This document shows, piece by piece, positions 23,400-36,208 of a stretch of 64,000 bases of DNA (position 1 is the first letter of the stretch; each line of letters begins with the position of its first letter). A program made the translations under genes and the position numbers. The notes under the pieces are model-generated. The model was given only the letters and a program-made list of their open reading frames with translations. It was not told the origin of the DNA and ran no database searches. This DNA comes from the human T2T-CHM13v2.0 reference genome, Homo sapiens, in assembly GCF_009914755.1 (NCBI RefSeq), contig NC_060935.1. One strand, given 5' to 3'.

Positions 23400-25512
23400 G
23401 CTGGTGTCTAGAATGAGACTGGGGCCTAATAAAAAGGAGCATCCATACAGGAGCTCAAATGGGCTATACCCTGTAGCATCCTGAGGACAGGCCAGAATTC
23501 TGAGAAGGGCAAGTGGTAAAAGTATTGTCCATTCCTTTTTAAGTTGGAGGCTGAACTTGATGATTTGTGTTTTTAAAAGACCATTAGTCCATTTTACCTT
23601 TCCTGAAGATTGAGGACAGTAAGGGGTATGAAGGTTCCACTGAATACCAAGAGTCTGAGAAACTGCTTGGGCGATTTGACTAATAAAGGCCGGTCCGTTA
23701 TTGGACTATATAGAGGTGGGAAGGCCAAATCAAGGAATTATGTCTGACAGAAGGGAAGAAATTATGGCGGTTACCTTCTCAGACCCTGTGGGAAAGGCCT
23801 CTACCCATCCAGTGAAAGTGTCTATCCAGACCAAGAGGTATTTTAGTTTCCTGACTCGGGTCATGTGAGTAAAGTCAATTTGCCAGTCCTGGTCAGTGGC
23901 AAATTGTCAAGCTTGACTTGTAGGGAAGGGAGGGGGCCTGAACAATCCCTGAGGAGTAGTAGAATAGCAGATGGAACACTAAGAATTGATTTCCGTGAGG
24001 ATAGATTTCCATGATGGAAAGGAAATGAGAGGTTTTAAGAGGCGGGCTACCAGCTTGTAACCTACATGGAAGAGGTTATGAAATGACGACAGAATAGATT
24101 GGGCCTATGACGCTGGAAGGAGATCCTTGGTCCAAGAACCATTTGCCTTGTTTGGGAAGAGATTGATAGTTGGAAGTTTCAGTGGGGGAGTAGGTGGGAG
24201 TGACTGATGAGAAGGAGAAAAACTTCCATGGGGAACAGAAGTTGGAATGCTAGCTGCTTTTTTAGCTACCTTAACAGCATAAGCATTACCCTGAGCAATG
24301 GGATCTGATGCCTTTTGATGGCCCTTGCAGTGAATGACTCCAGCTTCCTTTGGAAGTAAAGCGGCCTTGAGAAGTGTTTTTATTAAAGAGGCATTAATGA
24401 TGGAGGACCCTTGCATAGTGAGGAAACTTATTTCTGCCCATATAACAGCTTGGTGGTGCAGGATATGGAAGGCATACCCTTTAGAGTCAGTATAAATATT
24501 GACGCATAGTCGCTTTGCAAGAGTGAGGGCTCCAGTTAAGGTAATGAGTTTGGCTTGCTGAGAGGTAGTGGAGGGGGCAGAGTGGTAGCCTCAAGGATAG
24601 ATGTGGAAGATACTATAGCATAGCCTGCCTTTGCTAATGAGTGACAATTAGGCCTGGTGGAACTGCCATCAATAAACCAAGTGTGATCAGGGTGAGGAAC
24701 AGGAAAGAAGAAAATATGGGGAAATGGAGTGAATGTCAGGTGGATCAGAGAGATACAGTCATGGGGGTCAGGTGTGGTATCTGAAATAATGTGGGGGCCA
24801 GCCTAAAACAGTAAGGTCAAGCTGTTTGGACAGAAAGGCTACAGGGTGCGGTCCCAGCTCTTGTGTAAGAATTGTGACTGCACAGCCCTGTACTTTGGCT
24901 GTGTGTAACGAAAAATGGTTGGGATGAGTTAGGGAGAGCTAGTGTGGGAGCAGCTTTAGGGCTGTTTTTTAAGGAATGGAAAGGGGAGTGGGGAAAGGAT
25001 TTAGGATCTATGGGGTCACCTAGATTTGCTTTGGTGAGTTTATATAATGGTTTAGTCAGGATGGTAAAAGTAGGTATCCAAAGGCGGAAGTAGCTAACCA
25101 TGCCTAGGAAGGAAAGGAGTTGTTGTTTCGTAGAAGGGGTTGGGGTTTGGGAGATTAGCTAGACATGATCAGCTGGGAGAGCATGTGTGTTTTCATGAAG
25201 AATTATGCTGAGATAGGTAATGGATGAGGAGGAAATTTGGGCTTGACTGAAGTAATGGGGGCTGTCCGTGAAGCCTTGTGGCAGTACAGCCCAGGTAATT
25301 TGCTGAGCCTGATGGGTGTCAGGGTCAGTCCAAGTGAAAACAAAGAGAGGCTGGGATGAAGGGTGCAAAGGAATAGTAAAGAAAGCATGTTTGAGATCCA
25401 GAACAGAATAATGGGTTGTAGAGGGGTTGTGGAGGGAGGTATTGCGGATAGGAGAGTATATGGATTTGGCACCATGGGGTGGATAGGCAAAACAATTTGG
25501 TTGATAAGGCAC
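23400..25512 (-). pseudogene. HERV-H pol remnants (RT, RNase H, integrase region)
   Basis: ORFs 25159..25512, 24817..25101 and 24105..24416. The RT remnant runs DSPHYFSQAQISSSS with no YxDD motif. Confidence 0.85.
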
Positions 25513-27934
25513 AGATCCTGAGCTAACTTGTAAGACTTGTCTGGTTTTTGGACAGGTAAAATGGGGAATTGTAAGGAGAGTTTATAGGTTTTAAAAGGCC
25601 ATGCTGTAACAGGCGAGTGATTACAGGCCTTAATCCTTTTAAAGCCTGCTGTGAGATGGGATATTGGTGTTGAGCGGGTTAAAGGTGATTAGGTTTTAAT
25701 GGGATGGTAAGGGGTGCATGATCAGTCGTCAAGGAGGGAGTAGAGGTATCCTATACTTGTGGATTAAGTTGGGGAGATACAAGGGAAGGATGTAAAGGAG
25801 GCTTTGAACTGGAGAAGAGGGTGGCAATGAGGTGTGGCTATAGCCTAGGAATAGTCAGGGAAGCAGACAATTTAGTTAAAATGTCTCATCCTAATAAGGG
25901 AGCTGGGCAGGTGGGGATAACTTAAAAGGAGTGCATAAAAGAATGTTGTCCAAGTTGGCATCAGAGTTGGGGAGTTTTAAGAGGTTTAGAAGCCTGGCCG
26001 TCAATACACACAACAGTTATGGAGGCAAGGGAAACATGCCCTTGAAAAGAAGGTAATGTGGAGTGGGTAGACTCCGTATTGATGAAGAAGGGGATGGATT
26101 TACTTTCCACTCTAAGAGTTACCCAAAGTGTCTGTGATGGTCCAGAAGGCTTCAGAGGCGATCGGGCAGCGTCAGTCTTCAGCCACTAAGCCGAGAAGAC
26201 CTGGGAAGGAGTCAGTCAGAGAGCCTTGGGCCAGAGTTCCAGGGGCTCTGGGTGTAGCTGCCGGGTGAGTTGGACAGTTCAATTTCCAATGGGGTCCTGC
26301 ACAGATGGGACATGGCTTAGGAGGAATCCTGGGCTGCAGGCATTCCTTGGCCCAGTGGCCAAATTTCCGGCACTTGAAGCAAGATCCTGAGGGAGGAGGT
26401 CCTTAAGGAATGCCAGACCACTGTGGCTTAGACGTTTTGAAGTTCTTGTGTGCTGCAGATGTGGCTGGGGTTTCTCTTACAGCAAAGGCAAGTAATTGCA
26501 ACTCCTCTGTTATTGTACATCTTGAAGGCGAGGTTGATTAATTCCTATTGTGGGGTTTGAGGGCCCAATTCTAATTTTTGAAGCTTTTTTTTAAGTCAGG
26601 AGCTGACTGGGTGATAAAATGCATATTGAGAATAAGATGGCCTTCAGGCCCCTCTGGGACTAGGGCAGTAAAGGGTCTAAGCATTGTGGCCAAATGGGCC
26701 ATGAACTGGGCTGGGTTTTTATATTTGATGAAAAAGAGCCTAAACGCTAACTGATTTGGGAGAGGTTGGATAAAGAAAAAGGAGCATTAACCTTGACTAT
26801 GCCTTTAGCTACAGTCACCTCTTTAAGAGGAAATTATTGGGCAGGTGGGGGAGGGCTAGTCACGGAACGAAACTGTAAGCTGGACTGGGTGTGAGGAGGG
26901 GAAATGATAGAAGAATTATAGGGTGGGGGAGTGGAGTCTGAGGAAGAATTGGAGCCTGATTCAGCCTGGCAGGGAGTGACCTGAGGAGGAGCAGTCTTGG
27001 GAGGAGGGGAGAGGTCAGATGGGTCAGTAGAAAAGGAAGAGTGAAAAGACTCAGCGACGCTTGGGGTTGGGACTGAGGGGACAGGTGGGAGGGAAGGAAG
27101 GATTTGGGACGAGTCACATTGGGAGCAGAGACTAGGGAGGGACCAATGTGTAAAAGAATGCCTGGATGTCAGGCACCTCAGACCATTTGCCCATTTTACG
27201 ACAAGAATTATCTAGATCTTGTACAATGGAGAAATTGAAAGTGTTTTCTGGCTATTTGGAGCTATTGTCGAGTTTGTATTGGGGTCAAGTGGCATTGCAG
27301 AAGAAAATAAGGCATTTAGGTTTTAGGTCAGTTGTGAGTTGAAGAGGCTTTAAGTTCTTGGAACACAGGCCAAGGGAGAAGAAGGAGGAATGATGGGTGG
27401 AAGGTTGCCTATAGTGAAGAAGGCAAGCCCAGAGAAAAGAAAGGGTAGGGACACGGAGAGAAGGGGTGGGGGTACATGCCCCCCCCCCAGGAAAGTGGTA
27501 CTTGCCACTAAGGTGAAGGATCAAGGCAGGCATCCCTGTGGTGATCAGACACCTCTGAAACGTGGGTGAATAATCAGGCAGGTGTCCCCACAGTGATTAA
27601 ACACCAAAGGAAAACTGTCTTCCCGAGTCCATGACTGGTGCCAGAGTTTTGGGTTCACAGATAAAATGCATCTCTTCTGTCTCTACCAGAAAAGGAAAGG
27701 AACTGAAATTAAGCGAAGGGAGAGATTCAAGGGTGGCACCAAGATTGAAAGGAGAAAGAGGTTGAGGGATAGTGAGAGAGGCTGGAGAACAGTAAAAAGA
27801 GCCTGCTTACCCGATTTAAAATTGGTGATGTTCCTTGGGCTTGTTGGTCTGAGGACCAGAGGTTGTAGATGAATCTTTCTCATGGAGCAAAGAGCAGGAG
27901 GACAGGGGATTGATCTCCCAAGGGAGGTCCCCCG

Positions 27935-27952
27935 ATCCGAATCACAGCACCA
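27935..27952 (-). promoter_or_regulatory. Primer binding site complementary to tRNA-His
   Basis: Minus strand reads TGGTGCTGTGATTCGGAT versus the canonical TGGTGCCGTGACTCGGAT (two C>T changes). Confidence 0.9.
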
Positions 27953-27954
27953 AG

Positions 27955-28356
27955 TTTCACTCACGTCAGCGTGAAGAGACCACCAAACAGGCTTTGCTTA
28001 AGCTAAGCAATAAAGCTTTTTAATCACCTGGGTGCAGATGGGCTGAGTCTGAAAAGAGAGTCAAGGAAGGGAGATAGGTTTGGGTCCATTTTATAGGATT
28101 TGGGTAGGTAATGGAAAATTACAGTCAAAGGGGGTTGTTCTCTGGCAGGCAGGGATGGGGGTCACAAGGTGCTCAGTGGGGGAGCTTTTGAGCCAGGAGA
28201 AGGAATTTCACAAGGTAATGTCATCAAAGGCAGGAACTGGCTATTTGCTCTTCTTTTGTGACTCTTCAGTTACTTCAGGCCATCTGGATGTATACGTGCA
28301 AGCTTGGGCTCAGAGGCCTGACATTAACGTGCAGGCTTGGGCTCAGAGGCCTGACA
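27955..28356 (-). promoter_or_regulatory. HERV-H 5' LTR with a terminal 30-bp duplication; TATA box at ~28090-28095
   Basis: About 90% identical to the 3' LTR by manual count. Minus-strand TATAAA and ATTAAA signals are present. Confidence 0.9.
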
Positions 28357-29089
28357 CAAACATGTTTTCCTGACATCTGTATTCTAAGTTGTGTGATTCA
28401 TTGTTTTTCAGCTTGAATAACCTGATTTCACATATTTTTCCGTAAGTCAGAGGCATGTCTAGCTGTTAGTTATTGTCTGTACTTTTACATAGCATGCCTG
28501 CACTAGCCATCATTTTTCTACTTTGTGTTTTTAATCTTTTAACCAGTCACTATGGGAAGAGTTTTTCCAGGAATAGTTTTTCCAGTTTTCAATGAAAACC
28601 AGGCAAGAATGGCTATGGATCTCACAAAGACTGGCAACATTTTATTGCTATTGTTTATTTAATTTAGTGGGTTTAAATGAAACCAGGACGTCTGCAGCAG
28701 TTTTGATCTCTGGTCTTGCTCTCAACTATTTAAGTCTTAAAAATTGTTTTGCTTTATGTTTTCGTAATTTTATTGCTTGTCAAAAATCAGCTGGGATACA
28801 TGATAGGTTAGCATGGTGACAATGTTATCTTAACCATAGATGAAGCAAAGTGGTGAAAATTTCCTGAGAAGATGATTAATGTTCATGAAAAGTTAATAGG
28901 ACATCTGAGTTTCTTGAGATGTAAACATCATCTAACTGCTCTAGTTTGGCTTCTTTCCAAGGGAAACAAAAATATTCCCTTAGTGTCTAATGAAAGTCTG
29001 CATGATAAGTATGAACTTTAGACGGTTAGTGTATTTAGAGTAAATCTATTGAATACTGAGCTTAATTTATTCAATCCTTATTTTTGGGT

Positions 29090-30101
29090 ACCTCTTTTTA
29101 CCTAAGTACCAAAAGGAAATGATCAATGAAAGTTTCTTTCCTGACTCACATCCCTTCTAGCTACTGCTCCCTCTCTCAGCAATCCAGTTCCTTTCCTCTC
29201 ATTCTCTTAAATCAACCATCTTTTGCCCACAGCACACTACTAAAAATGTCCAGGTTCAGCAGTGACCATGTTATTGTTCACTTCTCACTCTTCATTGGGT
29301 TTGACCAATGAGCAGCTCTTAATACAGCTGATCATTCACTTTACTGAAACATTTTTTTCCACTTATCTGTTTTTCTCCACATTTTCTGGCTATTTTTACT
29401 CAGTCTATTTTTGTTGTTCCTTATCATCCCCACAAGCTCTAAGTATTACAACATACCAGTGTTCATTTCTTCAACCTCTCTTCCTCTCTAGCTGTACACA
29501 TTTCTCTGGTAGTCTCTCTCATCTTATTGATGCATCCATATGCTTCATGTCCCAAGTTTATATTCCTAGCCCAGATTTTAACTCTGTAATTCAGGCTCAT
29601 ATATCCAGAACATTTAGGCCTTTGGCTTTTACTTTGATTGATAAAGGAGTTGTGGGAGAGTGTGAATGGAGAAATGACATGATATGGCTTACTTTTCAAC
29701 AGGATCACTCTGGCTGCTGTGTTAAGAGTAGATGAGGGGAAGCAAGTGCAGAAACAGGGGGTCCAGTTAGGAGCTGTTGCAGTCATCCAGTTGAGGTATG
29801 ATGATGATTTTGACCAGGGTGGTGATAGTGGAAGTGGTGAGAAGTGGTCATATTCTGAATATATTTTAAAGTTAGAGTTAACAAAATGTATTCCATGGAT
29901 TGTATATGTAATGTGAAAGGAAGTGAAGTCAAGGCTGACCCCAGAGTTTTTGATCCGAGCAACTGGAATTTCATTAACTGAGATAGGGAAGGATGGGGTT
30001 GGAGAGGAGGTTCTGATGGAAATTTGTGCAACTCCACTTAGGAAGTGTTATTTTGAGATGGCACTTAGAGTGCTTTCATGAAATATTTATTGAGCAAATG
30101 A
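29090..30101. mobile_element. L2 element with an internally inverted segment (~29615-30070)
   Basis: Sense L2 up to ...catatatccag, then antisense L2 (aggatcactctggctgctgtgtt), then a sense L2-like tail aaatatttattgagcaaatga. Confidence 0.65.
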
Positions 30102-32480
30102 CTGGCATCTCAGCCCTGCCTTCCACGACCAGTTATTTCTATACATAGAGCCTTTGTGTTTCACCTGTCCTTGTCTTTGGGTTTGTGGAGTAGTAGTTAC
30201 ATGGCTGGTGATCAGAGCAAAGTGAATCTGGGGATAAAATTAGCCCATATACAGACACAAACAAATTTTTTTTTTTTAATGATGAGCCCGAACTCTAACT
30301 TCCTCCTATTACACTGAGACCTGGGTTTTTCCAGTGTTGTGATCAAAAGATGGGCTTACTTCTCAAGGTAATCTCTGTTTGAAGGCAATGAGACTTTGGC
30401 TTCATATGTTTTGTTTAGTTCGTTCCTAAACGGCTACCTCATCCACTTGTCACTTTTCAAAAATGTGTTGACATCTCTTTATTGTTCTTATCACTCCACA
30501 TGTTATTTTTGCCGTTGTGGCATCTATTTTTATATCTCTAAATTGTTATTTTAGTATTCTGTTTGCCTAAGGGACCTGAGATAAATGCACATGTTCAATC
30601 CAAGTTAATAAAAATTCCACTTGCATATTCTTCCAGAATCTTTCTTTTTAATATTGAATATATTTTTCATTCAAATATACAATTAAACACTTTTTTCTTT
30701 CATATAAATGCAAAGGTATTAAAGTTTTAATTTGTCAAAATGTTTACTGTCATGGTGTTGCCTTAATTGTGGAAGATTCGGTGCTCCGCGTTATCTCCTC
30801 TCAGACATTTAGAACAATCTTCACTTGTGAAATTGCATGAGCTCCTAGCATAATAGTCTCTGGAGTATTTTGGACACTAAATAAATATTTCTTGAGTGAA
30901 TAAATAAATTCTCGAAGAGCTGCCCACCTTTGACGTTTTTATTCATTCTCAGGTTAATCCTCCTATTTTTTCTTCCAATATTTACTATTCAATTGATATT
31001 ATAGGATTCATTCAACTGATACCTTCTATGTGTAAGGTGCTGTGGAATATATAATAATGATTTAGAAATAGTTCTTGATCTCAAGACATTTACAGTTTAT
31101 TAATACAGAAAAATCATGTAAAAATAAAGAGCTAGACTGTAATAAGGAGCATAAGAGTCATACTAATAATTTAAGGGTTCAGGGGAGTGAGAATTTTCTT
31201 GGCAAGAAAAATCAGGATATCTTTATGAAATGATGGCTTTAAGATAAGCCTTGAACAGTTACAGGGATTCAACCTAAGAAATGGAAAAAAAGTCACTCTA
31301 AATGAGTAGGCTAGCATGTGTGAAGATAAAGGGATGAGAAAATGTATTAGTTGGTAAGTATTCGTTTAGCTCGATTAGAGTAAAAAAAGGAGAAACATGG
31401 AATATAAAGCCAGAAAGAATTTGAAACAGATGTGCTTGGCCATAGGCAATAGGACAGAAAGAATATGGGTGTTTTTTCACAGGGGGACACAAAAGGTTAA
31501 TCAATAGGAGATTGCTGTAATCAGACATTTTCTTTGGGAAGCCTGTTGGAAAGAAATGAAAGGTGATTGAATGCTGGCAGGACAAATAAGTGGTATCAGA
31601 GAGATTTGAGTCTCTGAGAAGGATGTAGGTTCTATTTCCAGATATATGGGAATTAGGAGAAGATAGTTTTGGAAGTATTAATAGGATAATAGTAATTTTA
31701 GATACAGTAAATTTAGAGTGAATTTCAGGTATAAATGTCTAACACACAGTAGAAAATATGAAACTAAGAACTTGGGAAGAAAGTGTTAAAATAAAGACTT
31801 AACAAAAATGATTAAAGAACATCATATTATGTGATCACTTTCTCAGGTTTAACACTTTTAGTTATTGAAAAGTTGCTATTTTGGAATCATTTTTAATTTT
31901 TATTAAAAGGCACTTCTTTACAAACAAAAAAATTCAGCTTGTAATTTTTTATATTGAATAAATTCATATTTATTCAAAAATAATGTGCAGTTACATCATT
32001 TTTACATTTAATTCCCAAACATATGACAAGTTACAAATATCTTTTTACATTTTGTGGGACTGTTATAAAATTATTAGTCATTTGTGCACATTAAAAACCC
32101 AATGCCATATTGAAGAAATAATTGGAAGGTAAAGGTTATATTTTCTCCAGGATATTAAAATACATATTTCTCTAGATCTGTTGTTATGGTCAAATTGTCA
32201 CTTTTTATTTTTCTTATCCTTAGAATTAAGTGAATGAGTATTCCAGAATTTATATTAAGGTCGACATGATCCAAACTTTATTTTTATGTCAAAGAAACTG
32301 GATAGATTCAGCAACATTTTAATGTTCACAGGTAAATTAAAATTTCAAAATACTTAAAATTATATCATAGCAAATGCTTGTGATAAATTTTAAAGCATAG
32401 AAGTGTAGGAAATGATTATAAGAGTTCTTGTTTTCTCTGTCCTCAATTATACTTCCCAAGTTAGTGTTCCTGAAATTTGA

Positions 32481-33016
<536 letters not shown>

Positions 33017-34007
33017 ATGTTTTTATTTTAATATTAATATGTGCTTAACTACACATATTATACTGTAACTCTTTCAACTGAAAAATTGCCATAAGCATAT
33101 CTTTTAATTCATGTTTTAGGAGGAACGATAGAGCTATAGATATCAATACTTGTATTATTTCTTCCCTTTGAGATGTTTTCTAAAAGAAAAAGACAGTGAG
33201 AAAACAATGAATCACCACAATGTGATCTAGACAATATTAATGAATCTGGATACTTTTTATGCAAAGATACTAAAATGTGATTCTAAGATCTTCATTCACG
33301 TTTTCAAACCACATATACTGAATTAATTCTTTATGTTATTCTGTGAAGCCTCCTTGAAAATATGAGGTTACATGCTTAAAGACTGTTAAAGTCTGTCTTA
33401 GTTTGGAGAAATATCAGTGACTTCTAAAGACCTCATTTCCAAGAGGTTGAGAGAAACAATATTTTGTTTTATCCATTCAAAACCAGACTAGCATTCGAAG
33501 ATATATTGATACCTTGGACTGATACTTAGAAGAGAGAAGTTTACAGTTTCCTATGAGACCCAATGAGATATTAAACACTGTGTGTAATTACCTTTTACAG
33601 TATCTGCTTTGAAAGAATTCAATAGAGATATGAATATTTGGCAAAATATGCATTTTATTTTAGAATGCATTATGAGATTAACTCAAGCCACATGTACCCT
33701 CAGGCACACAAGGACAAACATTCTTTGCCTTCCATTCTGATATCTTCTTGGCTATAGGTCATCTTTTCATAACCTGAGATCTAGTTCACAGTGAAGGACA
33801 TCCAGTGATATGTGGACAATCAGATTGGTAGCTCAGATCTCTGTTGGGTATCTTGCATTCTGAGAGCTACAACTTTTATTATACAGAGACTCTGGTCAGC
33901 CTTCTGTAGTATATAGTTAAATCGTGGGTGGTTTTTGCAGATAATATTTTATTTGGAGATTTACTGATGACAAAACTGTTTTTTGCTTTCAGAGTTATTA
34001 AAAATCA

Positions 34008-34328
<321 letters not shown>

Positions 34329-35180
34329 TTACAATGTAAATAAAACAATTAAGTACAGAATCACACTTATAAATAAAATAAAATAATTTTAATAATACAA
34401 ATGTTTAAACAATGTTATTTAAAAATATTTCATTTTTAATATTTTATACTACTGTTAGCAGTAATAATCCTATAAGAAACACTGATTGTAAAGTAGTAGC
34501 TTGGACATTCCATGGTACATTAATTCCAAACCTTGGACATAGATTATGTGCTTTTAGTTTGTTCATAGTTTATTATGAATCAGTGACAAATACCTACCTT
34601 TATATTTAGTGTTTCCACTGATTTTTCAGGCTACCTTTCCTTTTTGCCTAATGAGTTGTTAACATAAGATATGGTACCTTTATCTTCATTTATTTCTGTC
34701 CTTATAGCATTCCTACAAGACCTACATTAACTAGTCAACACAGTGAGCTCTGAAGTCTTGGACTTGCTTTATGTAAACCAATCACTAATCACAGGGCCCT
34801 TCCACTGCCGTTTTCTTTCACCTGTGCCATAACTTCAGGCCCCCCCTCCATTTCATTTTAATTAATATTGTGGCATACCAATTCTACTAATGATCAACAC
34901 ATGCCTTTTTTCCTCCTATTTCATTTGATTTCTTATGCAACTCTCACCCATTTTATGTATCTTTGTTTTAATAGAGACAGTGACCTGCAATAATTAAGAA
35001 TTAAGAGACCTGGATTCAAATTTTGTCTTGTCTTTTTATTGGGCAAGTCAATATTTTAAGCCTTAATTACTCAATTTTCTTATCTGTAAAAGACAACTCT
35101 GTAAAGTTATTGTAGATTTTGAAAATAAATCACTTAACACTTCCCGTGACACATGGTACTTGATAAAAGCTGGGTAGTCA

Positions 35181-35467
35181 CAGGCAGATGGTCCCTTACC
35201 CATAGCCCTTAGTTTAGATGCATTTTTAGAATTCAGAATTCATGGACTTTAAAAGGTATGCATATTTCATATCGTACTTAATATATCCAACAGGATGTTA
35301 GTCAGCATCTCAAACAAGTTGATAATTCTGTAGGACAATGCTTATGTGTGAATTTTTACACAGAAATATTAGCCTCCCATTAATTCAAGTCAGGTATTGT
35401 TACCAAATGAGTTATGAAAAAACCATTATTCAAATTTTGGAATTGAGGATAAGTGACTAGGAATCCA
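35181..35467 (-). mobile_element. MER46C-like Tigger relic
   Basis: ttcaagtcaggtattgttaccaaatgagttatgaaaaaa...ttttggaattgaggataag. Confidence 0.6.
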
Positions 35468-36147
35468 GAAAACAAGAAGAAATTTTTCATTTTTCTTATT
35501 GGAAACTAAACTTTATTCTTTCATTTTGACTACCTGGATGTTTTCTAGGTTTCCTAAATATGGGACCATAAGCACTTTTTTTTACCTACACTTCCACAAC
35601 TCATCCCTTTCCCCAGGTACCCTCACCACTCCAGATGTCTTCTGAGAATTAAGGGAGGGAATGAAATAGAGTTATTTCTGTAGGAGCATAATTGTTGGGC
35701 ATGGAAAATTAATGTCACATTAAGAATTTTTTTCTCCCTGGAATTTGTTAGGGTAAGTATATATTATCTAGGGAGAAAATGACACAAAAAAGCATTAGTT
35801 TTTGTTTCTTCCTTTGTGATTAAAAACTGGCTTTTCTTATATATATTTTAACTTATAAGAAGTTTTAGCAAGACTTGTAGTTAAATGAAATACACTAGCA
35901 ATTTTAACGTGTGTAATTTATTGTTTTATATAAGTATTTTTGGGTTTTAGAGAAATGTAGATTGTCTTATTGACCTGTTGACATTGATTTTTTTTCTTCC
36001 ACTAATAAGGATCTATATAGATTTTAGTCTGTTCCTTCCTGTTATCTATTGATATGGGGGACTTGCTATCAGGGTAAAAGTTATAATTGAATTATACTTT
36101 CATATTATGTAATTATTAATCACAATTGATTCTAGTATTTTTTTTAG

Positions 36148-36208
36148 TGTCCAACTGAAACCAAAGCAACATTTGGGGTTCATCTTAAAATAGTAGAAGA
36201 CTGGACAG
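36148..36208 (+). pseudogene. NOX4P1: NOX4-like exon 12 (VGDWT motif changed to VEDWT)
   Basis: Acceptor tttttAG, donor GTatgt. Translates to CPTETKATFGVHLKIVEDWT. Confidence 0.95.

Larger units (their letters stand above)
22066..28356 (-). mobile_element. HERV-H provirus (LTR7-type LTRs), pol/env-deleted form, ~6.3 kb, antisense to the host pseudogene
   Basis: Two LTRs and a 5-bp TSD caaac (22061-22065, 28357-28361). tRNA-His PBS and polypurine tract present. RT remnant (VLDLKHAFF, VLPQGF), RNase H remnant (HCKGHQ), env remnant (CWLC). No intact ORFs. Confidence 0.97.

Noticed and set aside
22186-28373. Similar ORF pair MGPFYRIWVGNGKLQSK (22186..22452 and 28080..28373)
   Set aside because: They are antisense readings of the two HERV-H LTRs, so the similarity reflects LTR duplication.
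29262-29786. Overlapping 157-aa and 107-aa ORFs
   Set aside because: Chance frames across decayed L2 sequence and the inversion junction.
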